Shown: piece by piece, positions 29,013-39,524 of the stretch
How the letters are laid out: the number at the start of each line of letters is the position of its first letter
Position numbering within the stretch: the stretch's first letter is position 1
Source of the DNA: Bacteroides sp.
Lineage (GTDB): Bacteria; Bacteroidota; Bacteroidia; Bacteroidales; Bacteroidaceae
Length of the DNA stretch: 64,000 nt
Assembly: GCA_052357945.1 (NCBI GenBank)
Contig: DAWCXD010000012.1
Span: 1,405-65,404 of the forward strand
Reading direction: 5' to 3'
Notes under the pieces: model-generated
Database searches by the model: none
Told to the model about the DNA's origin: nothing
What the model saw: the letters and a program-made list of their open reading frames with translations, nothing else
Program-made: the position numbers and the translations under genes

Positions 29013-31493
29013 CTACCATTTCCCCATTGTTTGTATTCGTTGGTCGCCCATTTCCTGGGTTTCCCATTTCCCGTTTGTTTGGTCGAATAATATAGAGGCA
29101 TCGTTTTTAAGGCATTGATGAGTTTTGCCATTAATCTCTACCTTTTTCTTACCATAACTGAAAGTTGCCTTATTTACCGTATTCTGGATATATAAACTGG
29201 CATTCTGCTTGGAATTTAATTCCGCTTCGATCACCCATTCACCACATTGAAACTTGTTGCCGTTCTGTACTATTTTTGCAGCCTTTTTATCGTCAGTCTC
29301 TATTTGTATGATAGTCAGTATGCGGTTCGTTTTGCTGGGACCGAAACTGGCAGTGAGTGACCAGGGATTTGTGAAATCCTCTCCACGTTGCGCATCCCAT
29401 TCATTGGGTGGAGCGGCATACTTATCTGTTTGTGTAATGTTGCTTTTCTGTTCGCAGAACAGCCGGGCTACGGAGGTGAAATGCTTTTCTTTATTGGTAG
29501 TGACCAGCGTTGATGTCAGTTCGTCAATCTCAAACTTAACCGGGCTGTGCAGCAACCAGTCCCAACGTACCTCTTCTTCCGCTTCCAGTTCGTCGTAAAT
29601 CAATACCTTGTTAGGGTGCAATAAGAAAATATGTCTGCGATATTTTTTCAGAGGTGTTTCTCCGAAGCCGTTTTCCGGAGATTGCTCCAGTTTATGTTGC
29701 TTGAAACTGCGTTTCCATAAGCGTACATCGCTGATTCCGCAATATGCGTTGGAAGCATCTCCCAGTGCATATGAAATGTGATCTCCATTGAACATACGGA
29801 CGATATATCCATAAGCATTGGTCGTGAATGGCTGTCCGATACCGTTTATCAACATTGTGTTATGAGCACGGGTATTGCGGTAGGATAGCAGATTGTGTGG
29901 ATCACAGAAATTCATATAATGACCGACGGCATGATAGACGGCTTCTCCACCATAATGCAGATTGAAAGCATTTTGGTTGGAATGTGTATGATTGCCGGAA
30001 CCGAAAGGACTGGAGCGGAAACTTAAACTGACATTCTTATCCAAATCTTTTAAATTACTGTTGGCTATCATTTCTCCGCAATCTTTGTACCACATAGCCT
30101 TTGGGGCATCTACTGGTAATTCGCAGTTTACAGGACGTTGTTTGCCACAGGCTAAACGATATAAACGTGTTTCCGATTCTGTTTTATACCGCTCGTTGAC
30201 AGATGAATACCAGGCTGCATATGGATCACCGGTATTACGAGCCAGGAAATCAGCGAAAGCACTACGGATACGTAAAGGTTTGCCATTACTTTTTTCATGT
30301 CCGTCACCGAATCCGTCACTTAGCGAACCGGGCAGCCAAGTATACGCGGTGCCGATGCCTGCATTTTTATACCAGGGATGTTGCAAGAAATCTGTTCCTG
30401 TCAGGTAACCGAATAGGGTGGGTATATAACAAAGACTCACAGCATTGGCACTGAAGTAGTTTGCGCCATTATGCCAGATACCATCACGGTTGAATCCGGT
30501 AGCCGGTCCGCGTGTGTTCCAAAGTTCGTAGTAGTACTCCAGATATTCTTTGGCTGCGGGATATTTGTCATATACTACCAATGATGCTTGCAAAAAGCGG
30601 CGTATGGTGAATTGCCAGATATGTTCATCGAAAAACATGTTTTCCTCACGTCCTAAGATTCGCTTATCATAATAATGAGATAGAACTTTCATGATAGTTT
30701 GTTCGATCTGTTTGTGCTCTTCTGTCGTGAACCGCTCATAGCAGTTATCATAAGTACAGGCTAACAGATAGACCAACTCTCCTGCGTTAAAATCATTCTC
30801 AATAAATTTCTGTTCAGGTTCTTGAGATAGAAGACAACGTACATTTGCTACCATTTTTGCTGCATAAATATCGCGTTGTAGCATTTGATATGCTGTATTC
30901 AGGTTATCGCAATATTCTGACATTGTAAATACATGTTTATAAGGTTGGGTATCTGTGCTGAAGTCCATTGCGAGTGCCTTGCGTGAATCAGTAATCATCT
31001 CTTCGAATTCAGGGTTTGAACGTACGTTCTTCCGGGCTTCTTCCAAATGCTCATTTAAGAAACAGTAGATACGAGGAAACTTTTGAGGTATATTTTGCAA
31101 GAATACCGAAAAGGGTGGTGTTGCGAACTTGGGAGTTGTGCTTTCTATCGTAAAACTGTAAGTCTTGCTCCAAGGCATTTCCTCGCCCGATTTACTGACC
31201 GACCGGAAACGCCAGTACCAAATACCGGTATTTAATACTTGATGCGGGTTGAACATACACCAGGGAACAGGTTTGGACAGTATCTCATTTTCTCCTTTAA
31301 AGTTTTTGTCTTGTGAAAGATTAAATTGCAGATAGTCCGATTGTTTCATTGATAGCGGAACTAACAATGGAGCCGGATTCAAATAGACTATATTCTCCTG
31401 TTGCGGGTAAGGAGATTGCCGTTGCGGGTTATTTGCGTATAAGGATACAAAGCTGATGCACAACGTAAAGATTATAATTGTCAGTATTTTCAT
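29013..31493 (-). CDS. DUF4962/heparinase II-III-like polysaccharide lyase (PL15-like), paralog A
   Basis: SPI signal; WYWRFR N-domain, DEHIWQ, WHNGANYF, SSPFGSGNHTHSNQNAF, RAHNTMLING. Confidence 0.8.
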   Translation of the reverse strand: MKILTIIIFTLCISFVSLYANNPQRQSPYPQQENIVYLNPAPLLVPLSMKQSDYLQFNLSQDKNFKGENEILSKPVPWCMFNPHQVLNTGIWYWRFRSVSKSGEEMPWSKTYSFTIESTTPKFATPPFSVFLQNIPQKFPRIYCFLNEHLEEARKNVRSNPEFEEMITDSRKALAMDFSTDTQPYKHVFTMSEYCDNLNTAYQMLQRDIYAAKMVANVRCLLSQEPEQKFIENDFNAGELVYLLACTYDNCYERFTTEEHKQIEQTIMKVLSHYYDKRILGREENMFFDEHIWQFTIRRFLQASLVVYDKYPAAKEYLEYYYELWNTRGPATGFNRDGIWHNGANYFSANAVSLCYIPTLFGYLTGTDFLQHPWYKNAGIGTAYTWLPGSLSDGFGDGHEKSNGKPLRIRSAFADFLARNTGDPYAAWYSSVNERYKTESETRLYRLACGKQRPVNCELPVDAPKAMWYKDCGEMIANSNLKDLDKNVSLSFRSSPFGSGNHTHSNQNAFNLHYGGEAVYHAVGHYMNFCDPHNLLSYRNTRAHNTMLINGIGQPFTTNAYGYIVRMFNGDHISYALGDASNAYCGISDVRLWKRSFKQHKLEQSPENGFGETPLKKYRRHIFLLHPNKVLIYDELEAEEEVRWDWLLHSPVKFEIDELTSTLVTTNKEKHFTSVARLFCEQKSNITQTDKYAAPPNEWDAQRGEDFTNPWSLTASFGPSKTNRILTIIQIETDDKKAAKIVQNGNKFQCGEWVIEAELNSKQNASLYIQNTVNKATFSYGKKKVEINGKTHQCLKNDASILFDQTNGKWETQEMGDQRIQTMGKW

Positions 31494-31520
31494 TAGGAGG
31501 TATTTAAAATTTTAGTTTAT

Positions 31521-31528
31521 CAAAGATA
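31521..31528 (-). promoter_or_regulatory. Sigma-A -7 element for lyase A
   Basis: TATCTTTG on the minus strand 28 bp before the ATG. Confidence 0.55.
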
Positions 31529-31660
31529 GCATGAATTTATATAAAAGAGCTCATCTGATTGTAGGCTAATTTATATAGTGCTTATAACTTATACCCTAAA
31601 ACGTAGGATTTTCCATTTACTTTCACTTCAATATCCAATCCCTTTTCATCTCAATCTTCT

Positions 31661-32935
31661 TTATAAGTCGGAGTATTTGATTTGTTTCACGTCCATATAT
31701 CTTTTCAGTGCCTCAAGATAATAGTAGTCAGCATAGTTCAGTGGGGCGTCTATTTCAAAACCGTTGGGTATGGAACCTGTTGAATGCATCAATATGAAGT
31801 TTTGATTATCACCGATTTTGGCCAAATAAGCATCACTTGATAAGTTTTTCAATATGGTTTCTGCATAGGTGAAATACTTGTTGTTTTGCGTAAGAGTGCT
31901 TAGCTCGATAAGTGCTGAAGCTGTGACGGCTGCTGCTGATGCGTCTCGGGGCGTTTCGGGGCTTTGTATAGCATCATAATCCCATAATGGAATTAAATCT
32001 TCGGTTTTTACCCGTTGGATAATCATGTTGGCTACATGTTCTGCATGATTCAGAAAAATGGAATCTTTGGTTTCTCTGAAACAAGATGTATACCCATAGA
32101 CTGCCCATGCTTGTCCACGTGCCCATGACGATTCATCATGCTTACCCTGGTGGGTACGTTTATATTCCACCGTTCCGTCGTTGTTATAACTTACTACATG
32201 GTAGCAGGTGTAATCAGGGCGAAAATGATTTTTCATCGTTGTTTTGGCATGTTTGATTGCGACTTCATTATAACGGTTGTTGGAGGTTAGGTTATAGGCA
32301 TTGAATAATAAATCCAGGTTCATTATATTGTCAATGATTACAGGGTAATTCCAGTCGCCGAAGTCCCACGAACGAATACATCCGATAGTGTCATTGAAAC
32401 GTCCGCAAAGGTTATCGGCAGTCTCTTTGATTACTTCTTTAATGGTATCATTGGCAGATAGACGGAAGGCATTTCCATAACTGCAATTTACCATGAAACC
32501 TATGTCATGTGTATTTTTTATATAGCGTACCGGATTTAGCAGGTTGGTATAATAGATAGCAAGATTTTTGAGAGAGTCTTTCCGGGTCAATTCGTATGCA
32601 TACCACAATGAACCGGGGAAGAAACCGCTGGTCCAGTCTGATGCAGGGCAGAGTAGAGTTTGTCCATCCAATTCTGGAGTGGATTCTGATTCTATCGAAT
32701 CTTTGAATACGGCAGGGTCCCGCTCCAGTTGCCGGCTTATGAACATCGTGTCGCAAACCTGATGAATACTTCGGGGAAACATTCCTGTGCCTTTCAGTTT
32801 TTCCCCGGTAATCTTTAATTGAGTAGAGGCTACATCCAAACTCTTTTTTAACCATTCGTAATTTTCCTTTTGAGGAGTTTGGCATGATGCCATTAAAATG
32901 GTTGCGAGTACCAAAAATAGATTGTTCTTTTTCAT
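31661..32935 (-). CDS. GH88 unsaturated glucuronyl hydrolase, lipoprotein
   Basis: Lipobox MASC; DWTSGFFPG, HDIGF, IIDNIMN, SWARGQAW, RDASAAA, YADYYYLEAL. Confidence 0.9.
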   Translation of the reverse strand: MKKNNLFLVLATILMASCQTPQKENYEWLKKSLDVASTQLKITGEKLKGTGMFPRSIHQVCDTMFISRQLERDPAVFKDSIESESTPELDGQTLLCPASDWTSGFFPGSLWYAYELTRKDSLKNLAIYYTNLLNPVRYIKNTHDIGFMVNCSYGNAFRLSANDTIKEVIKETADNLCGRFNDTIGCIRSWDFGDWNYPVIIDNIMNLDLLFNAYNLTSNNRYNEVAIKHAKTTMKNHFRPDYTCYHVVSYNNDGTVEYKRTHQGKHDESSWARGQAWAVYGYTSCFRETKDSIFLNHAEHVANMIIQRVKTEDLIPLWDYDAIQSPETPRDASAAAVTASALIELSTLTQNNKYFTYAETILKNLSSDAYLAKIGDNQNFILMHSTGSIPNGFEIDAPLNYADYYYLEALKRYMDVKQIKYSDL

Positions 32936-33047
32936 TTTGTAAGTTTATCGTTTACTTGTTTTTTCTGTTTGTAAAAATAGTGAATGTTAGTCGTTCGCTT
33001 GTAATAAGAGCGTTCAATAGAGTTTAGATTGTAAATAGCGAGCATCA

Positions 33048-33078
33048 ATTTTGTCTTTTATAATGTGGATTTTATCTA
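33048..33078 (-). promoter_or_regulatory. Candidate HTCS operator upstream of GH88
   Basis: Minus strand TAGATAAAAT-N11-AAGACAAAAT direct repeat (21-bp period). Confidence 0.55.
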
Positions 33079-33205
33079 ATTGGCCTGCACTCGGCATTGA
33101 AATCATTGTTTGGCGAACTTTGAGTTCTCTATTTCCTATCTATGTGAGAGTGCGATATAATATATCTTCTACTGTAATCCTTTCTCTTTTTGCCTGCAGC
33201 TGGAG

Positions 33206-33302
33206 TTTGTCTGACACCCGGGTCTCAATACGTACAACACCCGGGTCTTGACATATCCAACACCCGGGTGTCAGGTATGCTGAGACCCGGGTGTCAGACA
33301 AA
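33206..33302. repeat. Palindromic element: perfect 22-bp terminal inverted repeats, four ACCCGGGT cores at a 23-bp period
   Basis: tttgtctgacacccgggtctca (33206-33227) / tgagacccgggtgtcagacaaa (33281-33302); units at 33214, 33237, 33260, 33283. Confidence 0.9.
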
Positions 33303-33564
33303 TCTTTATTGCAATAAAAATAAATCTCTATTATAAACGAATAAAAAGAGAGCTTTATAGAGTATAATATTGATTTTGTGAGTGTCAGAACGGTAAATTT
33401 CACGTTTCGGATATACATATAATAAAAGGATGAATGTCGTTTGCCGGGCAATTGCTGCTTAGGGCTAAATGAATTCTCAATCAAATTGTATGAAATCGAC
33501 ATTGCTCTAAAGCTAATATCAATAGAATTAGACGATATGGGCGCGTTACCTTATTAAGTCTCCT

Positions 33565-33572
33565 TAACTTTG
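33565..33572 (+). promoter_or_regulatory. Sigma-A -7 element of the main PUL operon
   Basis: TAACTTTG 48 bp before the ATG at 33620. Confidence 0.6.
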
Positions 33573-33619
33573 TAACAGTAGAAACAGCTCTGTTTTAACG
33601 GACATAATATTGCTTATAT

Positions 33620-36217
33620 ATGAAACACAAAATCCTGTTTTTTAGTTTATGGATGAATCTCTTTATTGGTTCACAAATTTATGCGCAGCCGACATTGAAA
33701 CTTGCTGATGTGGCGTTGATGCATGAGATGAGAGAGACTCCTTCACCTTATAATAAACAAGTGGTGGAAGATCGTGCTGTATCTTTTCAGTGGATATTAC
33801 CTTCGGAAATAAATCTGCCGGATGATCCACTGGATGGTATGGAGTCGAAATTGGCGCATATTGATTGTAGGAATTTACGTTATAAGATTCGTTATTCGCA
33901 AGATTCAACCCTGAAGAAGGGCGTAATATCAGCGGTTACTAAATGGCCGCTATATAATCCGGAGAAGGATTTGGAAGCGGGTAAGTGGTATTGGCAATAC
34001 GGTTATGTACAAGCGAATGGAGATGTGCAATGGTCTGATATTTTGCAATTTACAGTGAAATATAATCCGGGGAAATTTCTTCCGCCATCTCTGAAGACTG
34101 TTTTGAATGGACTTCCCGCTACGCATCCCCGTGTATGGGCGGTGAAGGGAGAATTGGAAACTTTCCGTATGCGGGCCCGGTCTATGCCGGAATCTACCTG
34201 GTATTTGGAACGTGCGGAACGGATTTTGGAAACAGTAATGTTGACTGTTGATGATATTGACACTTCCAAGATTGGAACTTTGGATAATGAAGTGAAGCGA
34301 AAAGCTTTGCTAACACGTGAAAGCCGGAGAATCGTAGATGCAGAAGAATCGAACACCGAAGTACTGATTCGTTCTTATCTGCTGACAGGAGATAGGCGTT
34401 ATAGTAATGAAGCAATGAAACGAATCACCGAGATGGTGGACTGGAAGAATAATCCTAATATGATAGGTGATTTTAATGCCTCTACTATGCTCTCATTGGC
34501 CTCTATGGCGTATGATTCATTTTATAATATATTGTCCGTTGCGGAAAAACGGATGTTATTGGATGAAATAAGACATTATGGAAATGATTTTTATTATAAC
34601 TATAACAATCATTTAGAAAATCACATTGCAGATAATCATGTATGGCAGATGACTTTGCGTATTCTCACGATGGCAGCTTTCAGCGCATATGGCGAGCTGC
34701 CGGAAGCAGAAACATGGGTGGATTATTGTTACAATGTATGGTTGGCACGTTTTCCGGGATTAAATAAAGATGGAGGGTGGCACAATGGAGACTCTTATTT
34801 TCAGGTCAATATACGTACCTTAATTGAAGTTCCTTATTTCTTCAGTCGTTTGACGGGCTTCGATTATTTCCGGGACCCGTGGTATGAAGGTTCTGCTATG
34901 TATACTATTTATCAGCAGCCCCCTTTCTCACGTGCTTCCGGTAATGGAAGTTCCCATCGTAATGTGAAAAGTCCGAGTGGGGTACGTGTAGGTTATGCCG
35001 ATGCTTTAGCCCGCTTGACAGGTAACACTTACGCGGCAGATTATGTACATCGTATTCTGGCAGAACAGCCCAATGTGCTTAGAAGAACTTTTATGGCTAA
35101 GCCGGGCGATTTATCATGGTTCCGTATGCAGTGCGACAAACCGTTGCCTGCGGGTAAAGGATTGAATGATTTACCTTTAACTTATATTTTCCCGCAGACA
35201 GGTATAGCTACTTTTATGTCGGACTGGAAGGAAACAAGGCATAACGCAATGCTTTCTTTCCGTTCGAGTCCTTATGGTTCCACTTCTCATGCGCTGGCCA
35301 ATCAGAATGCATTTAATGTATATTACGGTGGTGAACCTTTGTTTTACAGTAGCGGACATCATATCAGTTTCACTGATGCACATAGCGTTTATTGTCACCG
35401 TGCAACTCGCGCGCATAACAGTATTCTTGTGAACGGCATGGGACAGCGTATCGGAGTGGAAGGTTATGGATGGATTCCCCGTCATTATACAGGTGATAAA
35501 GTCAGCTATCTGGTAGGTGACGCTTCGAATGCTTACGGTGAAGTGATCTCCCCGTTGTGGCAGGAACGGGGTGTACAGTCGGAACTTGATTTTTCTCCGC
35601 AGAATGGCTGGGATAAGAATCATTTGAAGACTTTTCGACGTCATATCGTGTCATTGGGAGGAGCAGAACTGATTTTCATTTATGATGAGTTGGAAGCGGA
35701 TACGGCAGTGACCTGGAGCTATCTGTTGCATACGGAAAAAGCTCCGATGAAAGTGATCCAAGAGGAAAATCGAACCTCGGTAAGTACCGTTAATGACAAA
35801 GGAATTTCAACAGCTTATATTTTCACGCCGGATATGTTGAGCGTGAATCAGACAGACAGCTTCTTTTATCCTGCCGTAAATTGGTTGAGGGCAGACGCAA
35901 AGGGAAACTTTCCACCTTATGAGAACCACTGGCATTTTGCGGCTACTACTTCCAACCAAAAGGTATATCGTTTTGCAACGTTTATCAGTACACATGGGAA
36001 GCAAGAACCGGAGGTTGTTCCCCAGCGCTTGGCTGACGGGAGTTTTAGGTTCGGAAACTGGACTATACACATCAATCTTTCTGTTGAGGGAAAACCTTTT
36101 TTTAGCGTAAAGGATGAGAGTGGAGGTGTGAGTGTTGTGTACGATGATAGTACATTGATAAAGGAAGGTGATAAAGAAAACAAACTGGCAGATACTTTGC
36201 CCGAGTTAGAAATATAA
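33620..36217 (+). CDS. DUF4962/heparinase II-III-like polysaccharide lyase (PL15-like), paralog B
   Basis: SPI signal (IYA-Q); THPRVW, DNHVWQ, GGWHNGDSYF, SSPYGSTSHALANQNAF, RAHNSILVNG. Confidence 0.82.
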   Translation: MKHKILFFSLWMNLFIGSQIYAQPTLKLADVALMHEMRETPSPYNKQVVEDRAVSFQWILPSEINLPDDPLDGMESKLAHIDCRNLRYKIRYSQDSTLKKGVISAVTKWPLYNPEKDLEAGKWYWQYGYVQANGDVQWSDILQFTVKYNPGKFLPPSLKTVLNGLPATHPRVWAVKGELETFRMRARSMPESTWYLERAERILETVMLTVDDIDTSKIGTLDNEVKRKALLTRESRRIVDAEESNTEVLIRSYLLTGDRRYSNEAMKRITEMVDWKNNPNMIGDFNASTMLSLASMAYDSFYNILSVAEKRMLLDEIRHYGNDFYYNYNNHLENHIADNHVWQMTLRILTMAAFSAYGELPEAETWVDYCYNVWLARFPGLNKDGGWHNGDSYFQVNIRTLIEVPYFFSRLTGFDYFRDPWYEGSAMYTIYQQPPFSRASGNGSSHRNVKSPSGVRVGYADALARLTGNTYAADYVHRILAEQPNVLRRTFMAKPGDLSWFRMQCDKPLPAGKGLNDLPLTYIFPQTGIATFMSDWKETRHNAMLSFRSSPYGSTSHALANQNAFNVYYGGEPLFYSSGHHISFTDAHSVYCHRATRAHNSILVNGMGQRIGVEGYGWIPRHYTGDKVSYLVGDASNAYGEVISPLWQERGVQSELDFSPQNGWDKNHLKTFRRHIVSLGGAELIFIYDELEADTAVTWSYLLHTEKAPMKVIQEENRTSVSTVNDKGISTAYIFTPDMLSVNQTDSFFYPAVNWLRADAKGNFPPYENHWHFAATTSNQKVYRFATFISTHGKQEPEVVPQRLADGSFRFGNWTIHINLSVEGKPFFSVKDESGGVSVVYDDSTLIKEGDKENKLADTLPELEI

Positions 36218-36257
36218 TAATCAGGTTTTATGAAAAACAACTTAAATAGAATTGAGA

Positions 36258-39200
36258 ATGAAAAACAAACTTTTTAATTGGAACTTGCGGAAAACTACAT
36301 TGGTAGTTATGTGTATCCAGTCTTTCTTGTGGGGAGGAAGGTTGACTTATGCTGCTGATGTGGCTGCGCGGGAAGAACTATCCGGAACCCTTTCCGGTAG
36401 AACATTAAACAATGATGAGAGCTTGCAGGATAAGGGGAGCCGGATTATCGGTATTGTAACCGATAATAATGGCGAGCCGATTATCGGTGCTACGGTACAA
36501 GTGAAAAACACTACGCAGGGAGTAATAACTGACATTGATGGTCGCTATACGTTAGCAATCCCTGACGGGAGTTCGATCTTGTTGGTGTCATATATTGGTT
36601 ATCAACCCCAAGAAATCAAAATAAATGGTCGGAAAACGATTAATGTAACTCTACAGGAAGATGTGCAGAGTTTGGACGAAGTAACAGTGGTTGCTTATGG
36701 TGTACAGAAAAAGGCAACTTTAACTGGGGCCATTTCCAGTGTAGGTACGGATGCGTTATTGAAGTCTCCAAGTGCCAGTATAGCTAATTCACTGGCAGGT
36801 CAGTTGCCGGGTGTTTCTTCTATGCAGGTTAGTGGACAACCGGGCGCGGACGATGCAAAGATATTTGTGCGTGGTGTTGGTTCGTTGACCGAGGGTGGGG
36901 CAGCTCCACTGATTTTGGTAGATGGTGTGGAGCGCTCCTTCTATCAGATGGACCCTAATGAGATAGAATCTATCAATGTATTGAAAGATGCTTCTGCCAC
37001 TGCCGTATTTGGTGTGCGTGGTGCCAATGGCGTTATTTTGGTAACGACTCGCCGGGGGGAAGAAGGAAAAACCAGAGTTTCCGTAAATTCTACGGTAGGT
37101 GTGCAAATGCCGACTCGTATGCTGGAGATTGCGGATAGTTATACTACTGCTTCTTGTTTTAATGAAGCACAGCGGAATATCGGAATAGCAGAAGACCAGT
37201 TAGCTTTCACTCCCTATGATTTGGAACGTTTTCGTTTGGGAGACGAGCCTATCATGTATCCTAATATAGACTGGTATGATTATTTGATGAATAAAGCAGC
37301 CATGCAAACCCAACATAATGTGAATGTTTCCGGAGGAACAAAGGATATCCGCTATTTCGTTTCTATGGGATTTTTGTATCAGAACGGTTTGTTCAAGAAA
37401 ATGGAAGGCTTGAATTACAACAATAATTATGCTTATACCCGCTATAATTATCGTGCTAATCTGGATGTGAATTTAACTCGTACCACTACCCTGAAATTTA
37501 ATATGGGTGGAATTGTAGGGAATCAAAGGCAGCCGAATAGTGAAATCTGGAAACAGTTTACATATTCGTATCCGTTCTTTTCTCCGGGAGTAGTAGATGG
37601 AAAGAAAGTTGTGAACCAGATCTCCCGTTTCGGAGACTTGCCGACCTCTACCCAGGTTTTTGATAAATACTATGGCTCCGGCTATCAGAGGAAAATATCT
37701 AATAACATGACCTTCGACCTGAATCTGACTCAGAAACTGGATTTCATAACCAAAGGTCTTTCCATAGATGTAAAAGGCTCATATAATACAGATTATTCGT
37801 ATATAAAGAAGGTGAATGCTTCTGTCGAAACCTACACTCCTTTCTATAAGTCGGAAATAGATGGTTCGGGACTTGATGTAGATAATCCTAATTTCGATAA
37901 AACGGTAGTATATCGAATCAGTGGGCAGAACACGATGAATTCATACAGTGCCAGTGAGAGCGACCGCTCTCGCGGACGCGACTGGTATTTGGAAGGGAGC
38001 CTTCGCTATAACAGGGATTTTGGTAATCATAGTGTGGGGGCTTTATTCCTGTATAATCAAAGTAAGAAATATTATCCCAAGCAGTATTCTGATGTTCCTG
38101 CCGCTTATGTTGGTTTTGTAGGGCGTTTGACCTATGATTACAAAACGAAATACATAGCAGAATTTAATATCGGTCATAATGGTTCTGAAAACTTTGCACC
38201 GGATAAAAGATTCGGTACTTTTCCGGCTGGTTCAATAGGTTATATCATAACGGAAGAAGATTTCTTTCCTAAAAGCAAATTCCTTACTTACTTGAAATTA
38301 CGTGCCTCCATAGGTTTGGTTGGAAATGACAATATGTCTAGTAATCGTTTCTTGTATTTGCCGGATTCATATTCAATTAATGATTCTGGTTGGCTTAACC
38401 AAGCATTTTTGGATCAAAACGGATATATCTTCGGATTGACTAATACTGCTTATGAAATGGCAGCGCGGGAAACCCGTTTGGGAAATCCTAATGTGACATG
38501 GGAAACTGCCTTGAAGCAGAACTATGGAATTGATGCTTATTTCTTTGAAGACCGCCTGAAACTAACGGTTGACTATTTCCGTGAAAAGCGTAAGGATATT
38601 TTAATACAACGCTCTACTTTGCCCTCACTTATTTCATTGAACGCAAAATTGCTGCCTGCTGTAAATATGGGTAAGGTTGATAATCAAGGTTATGAGGTTG
38701 ACTTGAAGTGGAATGATAAAATCAAGGATTTCTCTTACTTTATAAATGCGAATGTTTCTTATTCAAAAAATAAAATAGTGTTTCAGGATGAAGTTGAGCC
38801 CAATGAATCTTACATGTGGCGCACGGGACACGAAGTAGGCGCCCGTTTCGGATATGTAGCATTGGGCTTTTACAACAAAGACGATTTTAACGCTGATGGT
38901 ACTTTAAAATCTGAATTGCCACAACCGCAGGCTGCGGTTTATCCTGGAGATGTTAAATATGCCGATTTAAACGGAGATAATATATTGAATAATGACGACC
39001 AAACCAGAATTGGAAATCCTAAACGTCCGGCTTATACATTCGGTTTGAACTTTGGTGGGGAATACAAAGGATTTTTTGCCTCTATGAACTGGACTGGGGT
39101 TGCTAAATGTGATATACAAATGGGAAATGCATATATGGAACCCTATAAACTGGGGCAAGTGCTTTATCAATATATGGCTGACGGACGTTGGACGGAAGAA

Positions 39201-39509
39201 ACCGCCGCCACTGCTATCTATCCCCGCCTGACTCTTGGTGATACAAGTAATACGACTAAGATGTCCCGTGTATGGCTAAAAGATGCTTCTTATATTAAAC
39301 TGAAGAATCTGACAGTAGGATATAATATCACTAATCCGAAAATATTGAAAGCTATCGGCGCCTCTAAATTAGCTGTACAGTTTACCGGATATAATCTGTT
39401 GACATTTGATAAATTGAAAATCTTCGATCCGGAGGGAGAGTTGACCCGTGATGATAATACATATCCGATAATGAAGATTTTTAGTCTGGGTGTAAATTTA
39501 ACCTTTTAA
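36258..39509 (+). CDS. SusC-like TonB-dependent transporter 1
   Basis: EPIIGATV, LDEVTVVAYG, PLILVDG, IESINVLKDASATAVFGVRGANGVILVTT, C-terminal VNLTF. Confidence 0.95.
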   Translation: MKNKLFNWNLRKTTLVVMCIQSFLWGGRLTYAADVAAREELSGTLSGRTLNNDESLQDKGSRIIGIVTDNNGEPIIGATVQVKNTTQGVITDIDGRYTLAIPDGSSILLVSYIGYQPQEIKINGRKTINVTLQEDVQSLDEVTVVAYGVQKKATLTGAISSVGTDALLKSPSASIANSLAGQLPGVSSMQVSGQPGADDAKIFVRGVGSLTEGGAAPLILVDGVERSFYQMDPNEIESINVLKDASATAVFGVRGANGVILVTTRRGEEGKTRVSVNSTVGVQMPTRMLEIADSYTTASCFNEAQRNIGIAEDQLAFTPYDLERFRLGDEPIMYPNIDWYDYLMNKAAMQTQHNVNVSGGTKDIRYFVSMGFLYQNGLFKKMEGLNYNNNYAYTRYNYRANLDVNLTRTTTLKFNMGGIVGNQRQPNSEIWKQFTYSYPFFSPGVVDGKKVVNQISRFGDLPTSTQVFDKYYGSGYQRKISNNMTFDLNLTQKLDFITKGLSIDVKGSYNTDYSYIKKVNASVETYTPFYKSEIDGSGLDVDNPNFDKTVVYRISGQNTMNSYSASESDRSRGRDWYLEGSLRYNRDFGNHSVGALFLYNQSKKYYPKQYSDVPAAYVGFVGRLTYDYKTKYIAEFNIGHNGSENFAPDKRFGTFPAGSIGYIITEEDFFPKSKFLTYLKLRASIGLVGNDNMSSNRFLYLPDSYSINDSGWLNQAFLDQNGYIFGLTNTAYEMAARETRLGNPNVTWETALKQNYGIDAYFFEDRLKLTVDYFREKRKDILIQRSTLPSLISLNAKLLPAVNMGKVDNQGYEVDLKWNDKIKDFSYFINANVSYSKNKIVFQDEVEPNESYMWRTGHEVGARFGYVALGFYNKDDFNADGTLKSELPQPQAAVYPGDVKYADLNGDNILNNDDQTRIGNPKRPAYTFGLNFGGEYKGFFASMNWTGVAKCDIQMGNAYMEPYKLGQVLYQYMADGRWTEETAATAIYPRLTLGDTSNTTKMSRVWLKDASYIKLKNLTVGYNITNPKILKAIGASKLAVQFTGYNLLTFDKLKIFDPEGELTRDDNTYPIMKIFSLGVNLTF

Positions 39510-39524
39510 CTGCTAATCAAAGAT

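Noticed and set aside
8418..33302. The short periodic arrays (8418, 13469, 33206) as CRISPR arrays
   Set aside because: The period is only 22-23 bp with no spacer-length unique sequence, and no cas genes are in the window.
33206..33302. Invertible phase-variable promoter
   Set aside because: There is no TAnnTTTG within the 53-bp core on either strand and no recombinase nearby.
33140..33502. 120-aa ORF spanning the palindromic cassette
   Set aside because: Its sequence (DTRVS repeats) merely reflects the DNA repeat, and it overlaps the regulatory region.
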